This document shows, in pieces, positions 1 through 10,519 of a DNA stretch of 64,000 bases. Each line of letters opens with the position of its first letter. Positions within the stretch are counted from its first letter, which is position 1. The DNA comes from Eledone cirrhosa. Its lineage: Eukaryota. Position numbers and translations under genes: made by a program. The stretch covers positions 83,452,001-83,516,000 of the forward strand of contig OZ024747.1 of the NCBI GenBank assembly GCA_964016885.1, written 5' to 3'. Under the pieces are notes generated by a model, which ran no database searches, had not been told where the DNA came from, and saw nothing but the letters and a program-made list of their open reading frames with translations.

Positions 1-1490
1 CTTTCTGTTACTTTCATGACCTGGTCCATCAACTTTATACCTCTATAGTTTCCTCTATCTAGTGCATCGCCTTTACCTTTGTAGCAGTTGACAATGATGC
101 TACTGCACCAATCTTTTGGTATGGCCCCCTCTAGTATTACCTGGTTAACGATACGTGTGGTTATAGTGTGACCCACAGACCCAGATGCCTTCAGCATCTC
201 GGCAGCTATACCCGATGGACCGGTTGCCTTCCCTATCTTCATATCTCTGATTGCCTTACTTACTACGCTGCCGCTGACTTGTACTGCTGGTCCCTCTATA
301 GGGTCTACGTGGGGTAGGGTCTCTTCTTCCCATGCATTCTCCTCATTTAGTAATCTATCATAATGACTCTTCCATGCATCTTTCTTCTCAGCACTTGTGA
401 GGGCAAGCTCACCTTTATCATTCCGGATACACTTCTCTCCAATGACATCACAACTATCTCTGACACACTGCCTCGCAATCTTGAATACCTCCTGTTTCTG
501 GTCCTCACGTTGTAAAACATGCTTGAATTTTCTATCCTCTGCTTCCCTCCTAGCTAAGTATACTTGTCGCCTAGCTTCCCTCTTGGTCTCTATGTAATGT
601 ACCCTGCTCCCCCCGTTCTTCCATTCTTTCCATGCCTGTCTCTTGGCCTTGACTGCTTCATCTACCTTATTGTTCCACCACCAAGTCACTCTCCTCCTGC
701 TTGAGGTCTTACTCCAGCCACAAACCTCATCCGTCGCCTCTAGTAAGTTATTTTTTAGGAACTCCCAGTTCTCTTCTACGTTAAATGTCTCTATCTGTTC
801 TTCTTTACTGTCGTAGGCGTTGAGTAAAATATCTTTAAATCTGTTACTGGTTGAGGGGACTTTCAGCTTCCAGATCTTTCTTCTCCAGGTTGGCCTCTGT
901 TTCAGGGCTCGTCTAGTTCTGACCGTGAGGTCGCTGACAACTAAGCTATGTTGGGATGTACATTCCTCACTAGGGAAGGCTTTTGTGTTTACGACCGTCC
1001 ATCTGTCACGTCCTCTGATGAGGATAAAATCTAACTGACTAGAGTGCTCCCCTGATCTATAGGTGATCAGGTGGTTGTCGGGTTTTTTAAAGTTTGTGTT
1101 ACATATCGACATGTCATTGGCGTCGCAGAATTCTAGAAGTCTGAATCCTTCCTCATTCCTTGTGCCAACTCCATGGCCTCCATGTACTCTATTGAAGCCG
1201 TCGCAGTGTTTACCTACGTGTCCGTTAAAATCTCCTGCAATGATTAGGAAGTCCTTGTCGTCTGTTAGAGCAGTAGTGTGTATTAGGGACTCGTAAAACC
1301 TATCCTTAAGTTCGTCTGGCAGCCCCGATTGGGGTGCGTAAGCTGATATTATTGTGGTTGTCTTATTCAGGACTAGTCTGAGTTTAATGATTCTTGCATT
1401 TACCCTGTACACTGAGATTACTTTATCTATTTACCCTGTACACTGAGATTACTTTATCTATTTACCCTGTACACTGAGATTACTTTATCT
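1..1490 (-). mobile_element. RTE-clade LINE fragment (RTE-B): APE endonuclease C-half to RT N-terminus, running off the left window edge
   Basis: Manual minus-strand translation gives DKVISVYRVNARII..SAYAPQSG..IIAGDFNGHVG..ITYRSGEHSSQLDFIL..SQHSLVV..TWWWN..KATGPSGI..YKGKGDALDRGNYRGIKL. It is colinear with the 20111-22735 ORF and I saw no stop. Confidence 0.93.
1398..1490. repeat. Exact 31-bp x3 tandem repeat at the 5'-truncation point of the LINE fragment
   Basis: ATTTACCCTGTACACTGAGATTACTTTATCT at 1398, 1429 and 1460. Confidence 0.97.
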
Positions 1491-1497
1491 CAGTTTG

Positions 1498-1542
<45 letters not shown>

Positions 1543-1562
1543 TACGTATATATATATATATA

Positions 1563-2225
1563 GACACATTTTTCAAATGCGAGAGGGCGCTATAGAAGTG
1601 GCGGATAGCTTCCGGTACCTAGGAGATCAGATTAGCATGGGAGGAGGGTGTTCCGAGGCCATAGTATCTAGAATAAGGACGGGTTGGAAGAAGTTTAGGG
1701 AGCTGCTTCCTCTGTTGACGAAGAAGGGTTTCTCCCTGCGTACGAAAGGCCGGTTGTATGATGCCTGTGTGAGGAGCGCGATGCTGCATGGTAGTGAGAC
1801 ATGGGCAGCAACCGCAGAGGATATGCGACGGCTGGAGAGAAATGAGGCAAGCATGCTCCGTTGGATGTGCAATGTAAATGTGCGTGAACAACCCAGCATA
1901 AATGTGTTGAGAGAGAAACTGTGTCTGAGAGGGATAGAATGTAGTGTACGGGAGAGGAGACTGAGGTGGTATGGACATGTGATGCGCATGGAGGATGACC
2001 GATGGGTGAAGAAGTGCCAGGAGATGCCAGTTGAAGGAAGACGTGGTAGAGGTAGACCACGAAAAACATGGGCGGAGGTGGTGAGAACAGACCTCAGATC
2101 ATTGAAGCTCACGGTGGAGATGACGAGGGACCGTGACGAGTGGAGAGATGCTGTGCTGAATAAGACCCGTCCCACCCTTGCAAGCAGGGAAAAGCGGACG
2201 TAAAATGATGATGATGATGATGATA
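1563..2225 (+). mobile_element. RTE LINE 3' fragment (RTE-B): RT thumb/C-terminus, terminal stem-loop and (GAT)n tail
   Basis: ORF 1499..2203 contains FRYLG, LYDACVRSAMLHGSETW, RRLRWYGHVMRM and RGRPRKTW. Its N-terminal YIYI run is only (TA)n. It ends CGTCC..GGACG TAAAA (TGA)n. Confidence 0.95.
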
Positions 2226-2289
2226 TATATATATATAAATATTATATATATAAATATAATATATATATATATATATTATATATATATAC

Positions 2290-2326
<37 letters not shown>

Positions 2327-2348
2327 TATATTATATATATATATATAC

Positions 2349-2411
<63 letters not shown>

Positions 2412-2447
2412 ATATACATATATATATTATATATATATATATACATA

Positions 2448-2494
<47 letters not shown>

Positions 2495-2611
2495 TATATT
2501 ATATATATATATACATATATATATTATATATATATATATATACATATATATATTATATATATATATATATACATATATATATTATATATATATATATATA
2601 CATATATATAT

Positions 2612-2664
<53 letters not shown>

Positions 2665-2681
2665 CATATATATACACATAT
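2225..2681. repeat. Long interrupted (TA)n microsatellite; further tracts at 1498-1562 and 3121-3353
   Basis: Direct reading; TA runs with periodic CA and TT interruptions. Confidence 0.97.
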
Positions 2682-3120
2682 GGAGGCACATGGCTTAGTG
2701 GTTAGAGCATTGGCTTTGCAATCGAAAGGTTGTGAGTTCAATTCTCAGACCGGGTGATGTGTTGTTTCCTTGAGCAAGACACTTTATTTCACGTTGCTCC
2801 AGTTTACTCAGCTGTAGAAATCAGATGATAGGGACTGGGGTCCATATCATTCCACTGCAAAGTGGAATGATATGGACCCCAGTCTGGATGCCCTTCCTAA
2901 CACCAACCTCATTTACAGTGAGTGCTGGGTGCTTTTTTGCCGTGGCACCTCCACAACCACTTTGCAGTCCCTATGATCTCATTTGTACAGCTGAGTAAAC
3001 TGGAGCAATGTGAAATAAAGTGTCTTGCTCAAGGAAACAACACATCACCCGGTCTGAGAATTGAACTCACAACCTTTCGATTGCAAGGCCAATGCTCTAA
3101 CCACTAAGCCATGTGCCTCC
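2682..3120. mobile_element. Two tRNA-derived SINE copies in inverted (tail-to-tail) orientation forming a fold-back
   Basis: Arms 2682-2837 and 2965-3120 are reverse complements with about 5 mismatches. A box TGGCTTAGTGG, B box GAGTTCAATTC, then CCTTGAGCAAGACACTT. Same family as 7883-8271. Confidence 0.92.
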
Positions 3121-3214
3121 ATATTTATTTATATATATATATACATGCATATATATATACTCACACACACATATATATATATATACACATATATATACAT
3201 ATACATATATATAT

Positions 3215-3295
<81 letters not shown>

Positions 3296-3314
3296 TATAT
3301 ATATATATATACAC

Positions 3315-3347
<33 letters not shown>

Positions 3348-3353
3348 CACATA

Positions 3354-3510
3354 TGTAAATGTGGTTGGTGTTAGGAAGGGCATCCAGCTGTAGAAAACCC
3401 GCCAGACATTCCTATGCGAGCAAGACAATCACTCTTGCCTCAAGTGGGAAAACCCCCGTCCAAACCCATGCAAGCGTGGAACACGGACGTTAAACGATGA
3501 TGATGATGAT
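3354..3510 (+). mobile_element. Short 3' end of RTE-A (or a SINE carrying its tail)
   Basis: Near-identical to 22963-23127; ends in (GAT)n; flanked by (TA)n on both sides. Confidence 0.9.
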
Positions 3511-3557
3511 ATATATATATATATAGTATTTGTTGAAGAGGACATAATAAAGGCAAA

Positions 3558-3780
3558 TTGGCTTAGTAGTTAGTGTGTTGGACTCAAAATCATAAGGTTG
3601 TGGGGTTGGTTCCTTTAATGAGTGGTGCAGTGTGTTCCTGAGCAAGATGCTTCATTTAATGTTGTTTTCATAGTAGAACTGGGGTCTCTATAATTAAAAC
3701 ACGCCAGAATCCTATGCAGTAGCACTTCATAGGAACCAAAACCTACATAGGTGTGAGCTTTAAATTTCATTTGTATTTTT
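3558..3780 (+). mobile_element. Degenerate tRNA-derived SINE with AAACCTACATAGGTGTGAGCT..AAATTTCATTT tail
   Basis: A-box-like TGGCTTAGTAG and CCTGAGCAAGA core. The tail motif recurs at about 29040-29075, 29345-29380, 29445-29485 and 52400-52425. Confidence 0.7.
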
Positions 3781-3819
3781 TTTTTTAGTTTGAACATTGA
3801 GTGTTCACATGGAAATGTA

Positions 3820-4730
3820 ATAATAATAATTCTTTCTAACATTAGCACAAGACCAACAATTTGGGTGAACAGAAATTCGATTGTATCAACCTCAGTACTT
3901 GGTACTTTTTATCAACCCCAAAAGGATGGAAAAGCAAATTTGACCCCAGTGGGATTTGAAATCAGAAACTAAATACTGCATTTTCTCCAAACACTGAAAA
4001 TTCTGCCAATAATAATTGTTTCTTCTTTTGGCACAAGGCCAGCAAATACTCAGTGCATTACTGGTACTTTATTTTATTGACCCTGTAAGGATGAAAAGCG
4101 AAGTTAACCTCGGCGGGATTTGAACTCAGAATGGCAAGGGTCGTAACTCTATGCGTCAAAGCATGGCGTCCGAGCCTCTACTGATACTGCCAATAATAAT
4201 AATAATAATAGTTTCTGATTTAGGCAAAAGGCCAGTAATTTGGGGAAGAGAAGAAAGTTGATTAAATTGACTCCAGTGCATTACTGGTTCTTTATTTTCT
4301 TGACCCCTTGAGGATGGAAGGTAAAGCTAACCTGGGCAGGATTTGAACTCAGAACGTAAAGGACCATAACTTTATGCTGCAAAGTATGTTGTCCGGCCTG
4401 CTACCGATACTGCCAATCTGCCAGTAATAATTGTTTCTTTTTGCCTCTTGAAATGGACATTACAAAATCAAGTTACAACATGAAAAGTGAGGGTTAGTAA
4501 TAACAATGGTTTCAAATATAGACACAAGGCCAGCAAATTTGGGAAGAGGAAAGTTTATATTGACCTTAGTATATGACTAGTACTTTATTTTATCAACTCC
4601 AGAATGATAAAAGGCAAAGTTGATCTCTGTAGGATTTGAGCTTAGAATGCAATCTTCCCCCCCCCCCCCCCCAACAACTGCCATAAATCATTTTGTCCAT
4701 CTCTCTCACAATTCTGCCAATCCACAAACA
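3820..4730 (-). mobile_element. Head-to-tail array of about 5 SINE copies (family C, Nin-like middle domain)
   Basis: Repeated GGCACAAGGCCAGC..GGTACTTTATTT..GACCC..AAGGATGAAAGGCAAAGTT.ACCTCGG.GGGATTTGAACTCAGA..CTGCCAAT blocks. TCTGAGTTCAAATCC on the minus strand is a B box. Confidence 0.88.
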
Positions 4731-5329
4731 CCCTCTATAACTATAAATCTATGTTGGATTATCTTTTTTTTATCGGCTTTTTATTTTTATAGTTTTAGAT
4801 TAAGCAACTTCCCCTAACTTGCTTCTTTCCTAACCTGCTGTTTTTGAGCCACAATGTTGTCTCCCCACCCTCTTATTATCTCTTCAATCAGCTTTTTCTT
4901 TCTATATTTTTTCCTTTCATTTCAGTTCCTTTTATTATATTTACTAGTCATAAAACGTTTACTGTATTATATTTACTAGTCTTATAATGTTTACTGTAAT
5001 GTTTTAGTTTAGTTGTGAATATGAATCTGATTTGACAGTACATAAATAATTAAAACCATCTGTAATTTTAAATAATTCAACTCTAGTATTTCTTTTTCTA
5101 TTTTTGTAATTATTTTTGGTTTAAACCTTTTTGCCATGCATATTGTTTTGGAGAGATTGTTGGTGGTGATTGTTTCTTTCTCAGTTATATATATATATAT
5201 ATAGTTTCAAGTGTTAAACTAATATATTTCTTAATTGTACTGTGTCGTTTGGTTTGTTATTTCTGGTTACTTTTTACACACACATAAACACATACATACA
5301 TACATATATATATATATATGTATGTATGT

Positions 5330-5640
5330 GTGGCTTAGTGGTGTGTTTGGCTCATGATTGTAAGATTGTGAGTTCGACGCCTGGCTGCACATTGTGTGAA
5401 AGGAATGCTCTTCTTTTCACTTTGCTCCAGTCCACTCAGCTGGCAAAATAAGTTGCAGCTGTAATTCAAATGGCCAGTCATGTCACACAATGTGTCATGC
5501 TGAATCTCATTGAGAACTATGTTAAGGGTACAGTTGTCTGTGAAATGATCTGCCATTTACTTACATGTTAATTTCCCAAACTGGCTGTTTCATAGTTTGA
5601 ACTACTGGGACATCTTTCGTCAGGGCTGACATAGATCCAA
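5330..5640 (+). mobile_element. tRNA-derived SINE
   Basis: TGGCTTAGTGG and GAGTTCGACGCC boxes, TTGCTCCAGTCCACTCAGCTG core. Tail related to 14560-14690 and 57450-57600. Confidence 0.75.
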
Positions 5641-5714
5641 AAGACACACACATACATTCACAGAGAATTTTTTTAATGTTTTCAAATATTAATGTTAGTA
5701 GTTAGTGCTAATAG

Positions 5715-6047
5715 CTCAATAAAATGCACCCAGCCCACACTGTAAAGTAGTAGTGCTGGTACTGTGATAAATGCAACCAGCCCACTCTGTAAAGTAGGAG
5801 TGCTGGTGTTGTGATAAGAAGCATCCAGTCCACCTTGTCAGGTAGTGGTAGCATTGCCACAATAAAACGCTCCCAGTATGTGCTGGGAAGTGGTTGTCAT
5901 TAGGAAGGGTATCCAGCCATAGAAACCAAGTCAAAAATGGAATGTATTAAGTAGATGCAGCCACCTGATCTATCTGACTTCTGCTTGTGACATCCCACCT
6001 AACCTATGCAAGCATGGAAAATAGATGTAAAACGATGATGATGATAA
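5715..6047 (+). mobile_element. Degenerate RTE-type tail element with about 4 tandem ~52-bp subrepeats
   Basis: Repeated ATAAAATGCACCCAG.CCACACTGTAAAGTAG units, then TAGGAAGGGTATCCAGCC and GCAAGCATGGAAAA..(GAT)n. A similar expansion lies at about 43350-43715 (-). Confidence 0.75.
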
Positions 6048-6772
6048 TGTCTGTCCATTTCCTTGCAGCTTAAGAAATGTTCTGGAAACATCTTCATTAT
6101 GTGAGTGTGAGTGTGTGTGATGCTGATGTTGTTTTTTCTTCTTAGGTTATGCTCCACAGTTCATCATATGTAGATTCTCTACCCCTTCCATCTCCACCGA
6201 CCTCTCTGGTTTCTTATGTACAGTGCTACTTAAAAACTAAGCTATAACATTTGATATCTGCTGTGAATGAAGAGAACTGCCATTCAGAGTGTGGCATTTG
6301 GAATTTTCTGTTAATCATAGTTGGAAGCAAGAAAGAAACTTGATAATATTTTTTTAGTTGTGTGTGTTTTCGTTCTCTTTCACATCCACTTTTTTCTTCC
6401 TCTCTCTTTTACCGTTTACTGCTTCAAATCTCACCACCATCACCACTCAGGTATGAAACTGCTCACACAGGATATAGGTGTTTTGTATGCTTCAGGTTTG
6501 GGAAGTCTTTCTTACAATTAGAAGGGAAAACTCCCTCTTAAACTGTCTCACTTTCACATTTCAAAAATATTTATTTCCCTTTACTGAGGAGTCTTACTGG
6601 GACTAGCTGGATCTAGATTTTACCCCAGATCCCTGTTCTCCTAGCATAGCTTATGAGGATGCATTGCATTTCTTATTTTTGACTAATGAGAAATAAAGTG
6701 TCATTGTCTCTTATCTTCTGGAGTATGCTTTTTGTGTCAGTTGTTTTGTTATGTAAAAGCTAGGGTTTAAAG

Positions 6773-7120
6773 CAGAGGTTCTCAAAGTGGGCACTACCAC
6801 CCCCCAGGGGGGTATTGAGAAGGTCTATGGGGGTGCTGGAGCCTAAGGAGGCAGTGGGTGTGGTAGAGATGATATAATAATATATTGAATATCAAATGAT
6901 ACTTATTATATATATAGTAAAATAAAAAAATATATATAATATTTATTTATACATAGTATATATTATATTATTTATTATATATCAACTAATGATTTTATTT
7001 ATTGTATATTATTTACAATTTGCATGTAGGTAGGTCTCTCTGGAAATAGGGGTGGGGGTTGCTGAGGGTATTACGTGGCTGTAAGGGGGGGCGGTAGGCA
7101 GAAAAGTTTGAGAACCTCTG
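6773..7120. mobile_element. hAT (Charlie/Buster-like) MITE
   Basis: TIRs CAGAGGTTCTCAAA / TTTGAGAACCTCTG; 8-bp TSD GTTTAAAG (6765) / GTTTGAAG (7121). Confidence 0.92.
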
Positions 7121-7149
7121 GTTTGAAGCAATAAATATATACATATACA

Positions 7150-7797
7150 CCAGCTCCGAACACAATGGAACCAAACTCCCACTGTCACTTGCTCTGTCCC
7201 TCCCGCTTTTCCCATCTTTCACTATTATAAGCAAATGGAAGCCTACACGCTAGCGGCTCTGGCCGACTAAATAGAGAAGACATTTCTCTGGAGGATGGTG
7301 AGGAAGTTTCCAGCTCGCTAGGCTCACACCTGCGGGTAGCCAACTCTGTGCCGATGATGGTGAGTAGGGAGGTGGTCCTAGGGCCAAGGACACCAGAAGC
7401 CTCCACTGTTACGGGCTCTACCACAAACCTGTCAGAGAGCGACCAATATGTGGAGAGTTTACCCTCCTCAGTCCAAAGTGCAACAGAGCCTGGTTTAGTA
7501 ACAGACTGCACCAGGTTGCCGCTAGGAAATGTGTTGCTGATGTGGCATCAAAGAGGAGGGGTTTATCATCGCAGAATGGGAAGATGGTCATGCCTTCTGC
7601 CGTCCTTGCTGGCTCGAGCTAGGAGGGGAACCTGCAGCATCCAAGCCATGCTTTATGACCTCATTGAGAGCAGCATGGTGTGGAAGGCAGCTGGCACTGT
7701 AGCAACAGGACAGCAGGTGGAGGCCACAGTGACATTTGTGTGGCTTGCAGATCCAGAGATCGAGCCTCAGGGAAACCCTGATTCGCAATCGAAACTG
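7150..7797 (-). pseudogene. CRE-like (restriction-like endonuclease) non-LTR retrotransposon 3' fragment, frameshifted
   Basis: Minus ORFs give [30 protein letters not shown] and EEGKLSTY.SL..FVVEPVTVEASGVLG. This matches the CCHC knuckle plus RLE motif order of CRE-type elements. Confidence 0.8.
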
Positions 7798-7882
7798 TGT
7801 GTGTATGAATATGTATATGTATGTATGTTTGTATGTATATATATGTGTGTTTGTTTGTATATATATTTATATATATATAGAT

Positions 7883-8271
7883 GGAGGCACATGGCTTAGT
7901 GGTTAGAGAATTGGCTTGCAATTGAAAGGTTGTGATTTCAATTCTCAGATCGGGTGATGTGTTGTTTCCTTAAGCAAGACACTTTATTTCACATTGCTCC
8001 AGTTTACTCAGCTGTAGAAATGAGATGATAGGACTGGGGTCCCTATCATTCTACTGCAAAGTGGTCGTGGAGGTGCCACGGCAAAAAAGCACCCAGCCCA
8101 CACTGTAAAGTGGATGTGTAGGCGCCACGGAAAAAAAGCACCCAGAGCTCATTGTAAATAAGGTTGGTGTTAGAAAGGGCATCCAGCTGTAGAAATCAAG
8201 CCAGAATCAGTTGCTGTCCCACCCTTCCAAGCAGGGAAAAGCGAACGTAAAATGATGATGATAATGATGAT
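7883..8271 (+). mobile_element. Full-length tRNA-derived SINE with RTE-type tail
   Basis: A and B boxes, core domain, and GGTTGGTGTTAGAAAGGGCATCCAGCTG segment. The terminus GTCCCACCCTTCCAAGCAGGGAAAAGCGAACGTAAAA(TGA)n is nearly identical to the RTE-B end at 2169-2225. Confidence 0.92.
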
Positions 8272-8330
8272 ATGTATGTTTGTATATATATTTATATATG
8301 TATGTTTGTATATTTGTATATGTATGTAGA

Positions 8331-8527
8331 TGTCAGGTCAATCTTGAGTGCTACTGGTAACATGTAAACCAGTACAACCTGTCGCATAGTCGGGTCATCG
8401 GCGACTAAACTGGCAACCCCACCAAGTTTACTTGGTGAGGAGGGTGATTTTGGACACCCTGCAGGACAAAAAACAAAACCCGACAAAGGGCGGAAAAACT
8501 CATGAGAGTCAACGGCCATCCAAAAAT
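8331..8527 (+). other. CpG-retaining multi-hairpin segment, probably a retrotransposon UTR fragment
   Basis: Four adjacent hairpins (see findings); flanked by TA/TG microsatellite. Confidence 0.5.
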
Positions 8528-8585
8528 GTGTAAATATGTATATACACATGTACATATGTATGTGTATGTATATGCGTGTGTATAT

Positions 8586-9320
8586 GCCTGGGGTGTCGGG
8601 GGGGGGGGGCATGTACCTCTGTAGGGAGGGATAGCCATGCCCTTTTCAGCACAGCTCGTTCTGCATTGGGTCCCACCTGACACTCAGCTCTCACCTGTGG
8701 CCCCAAGAAGCTGTAGCATGCGACATCGGCCACAACCCGGTAAACCGCCTTGGCTGGCGGGCCGAACCAGGTTGAGGGTAACCGGACGGGTCTGAAACCC
8801 CCCGCTGAGTTAGATAGGGGATGCCTTCCCCTGCATGCGAAGACTGGACCCAGCGGAGTGAGTGGAGGAGGACAACATCATCCCAACGGTCACGAAGGCC
8901 GCGACAGCAAGCGGTGTGGAGCGCTAGGGCACGGCAAGGCACTACAGACATCGTGGCCATCCACTGCAGCCAAGGAAGTCCCTGGTCGTGACGGTCCTCC
9001 ATGCCACCGGATTCTGGCTTCTGCGGCCGAGTGAGTGGGACCGTCACTGTGCACTGGCCCTCGCACTATAAACCTTTCCCGCACAGGTTTCTTCTTTAGC
9101 GTGCATTCCCAAAGCCCTGCGGCAATGGGCGAGAAGTGGAGGTAACAGGTGGAGGTAACCTCTGGGAGTTGCCAGTCTGACTCCGGTCTCTTCCCCTGCC
9201 TCCACTGTTCCCAGACCTGCAAGTCAAGGATCGGCCTCCACAGCCACCTTCGTGCTCATGGCAGACGGGTACAACAATAAAGAAGATGTCATCATCGTTT
9301 ACGATGGACAACCAAGAAGA
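8586..9320 (+). mobile_element. Non-autonomous bipartite RTE (BovB-like) derivative: GC-rich 5' UTR fused to the extreme 3' end
   Basis: 9191-9280 encodes FPCLHCSQTCKSRIGLHSHLRAHGRRVQQ*, the C2H2 finger typical of RTE/BovB C-termini. A CATCGTTTACGATG hairpin and AAGAAGA tail follow. The upstream 600 bp is non-coding and resembles RTE 5' UTRs from recall. Confidence 0.75.
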
Positions 9321-9504
9321 TGTATGTACATATATACACTTAAAATTATGATGAAACACTTTTAGATAAATATAAAACACTTGAAAATAACGGCTTTGTA
9401 TTGTAGAATTGAGGGTGGTTTCAGGTGGTTTGGTAACCAAATGGTTAAAGGGTTAGTTTACAGACCTTTGTGACATAGTTAGGCATGTTACACATTTATC
9501 AACT

Positions 9505-9850
9505 GTTTTACTGGTTTCAGCCATTAGACTATGGTGGGGTACCACCTTGAAGGGATTTAGTTAATTGTATTGACCTCAGTATTTAGTTTTTCAAGTCTGG
9601 TAGGTTTATATCTTTTTTTTGTCGAACTGCTAAGTTACAAAACATAAACAAGTGTAAACACTCACATGCATACACATACACACATCAATATGACAGGCTT
9701 CTACACACTTTTCACCTACCAGATTCTATTTACAAAGCATTGGTTTATCTAAGGCTGTAGTAGAAGACACTCGTCCAGTGCACTATGTAGTAGAACTGAA
9801 CAATATAGTTGCAAAGCAAATTCTTTAACCGCACAGTCACACCTGCATCT
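9505..9850 (-). mobile_element. CORE-type (octopus OR2-like) SINE, degenerate; other copies about 10205-10370(-), 14445-14690(+), 16900-17300(-), 36010-36160(+), 53915-54100(-), 57245-57600(+), 61325-61590(-)
   Basis: Shared variants of GGGCAAGTGTCTTCTACTATAGCCT..GCCTTGTGAG..TTTGGTAGACGGAAACTG..GAAGCC downstream of a tRNA-like head. The family name is from recall. Confidence 0.75.
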
Positions 9851-10519
9851 GTATTTGAAGACTTTCAATCAGTCTTGTTTGAAAGGATTCAAGTGTTAAA
9901 TATCAAACTTTATTTCTCCTGATAATTTCTTATCCTACCATTCAATTGTTCTCATCTGATGCAGCCAGATAAGTGGACACAGATGTAGCTATTGCGTTGA
10001 CCATAGTTTAAGAAATTGTGTCGTATACAATATACTAACTTAAGAGGTTGACACTTCATTCCTACTATTGTTATCTACTCTCTTGAATATCTGAATCCAA
10101 TCTGTTATAGAAGATATTTTAGTAGCATGCAGAGGAGGCAGATTGTGCAGCTTGTTAATATCACAGACCATATTATTTTAACCTTTTCACTGCATGCACA
10201 CATATTCACACATGCGGTTGTGTTCCATACAGCGTTTGTCTACCAAATTTCACTCACAAGACATCAACCCATGGTTGTAGTAGACACTTGCCCAAGGTGC
10301 CATGCAGTGAAACTGAACCTGAAAGCATGTGGATGCTATACAAACTCCTTAACTACACAGCCATTCCTGCTCCTCTTAGGAAGGAATTTTGGTTTTTAAG
10401 ATTCATTTCTCTAGTTTCATCACATTTAATAAGTTACTTCTTTGTTTTCAAATCAACATGGGTTCAAGATAGAACTCCAATAGTGTTTGTATATTTGACT
10501 TAGATTTTCAACTAGGTAG

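Noticed and set aside
2682-2755. tRNA genes at SINE heads (2682, 5330, 7883, 23485)
   Set aside because: A and B boxes are present, but there is no complete acceptor stem and the heads continue into SINE core domains.
2109-3428. YIYI-rich ORFs (also RERE/LSLS/CVCV ORFs at 16991, 18300, 18406, 30309)
   Set aside because: Translations of dinucleotide microsatellites, which lack stop codons.
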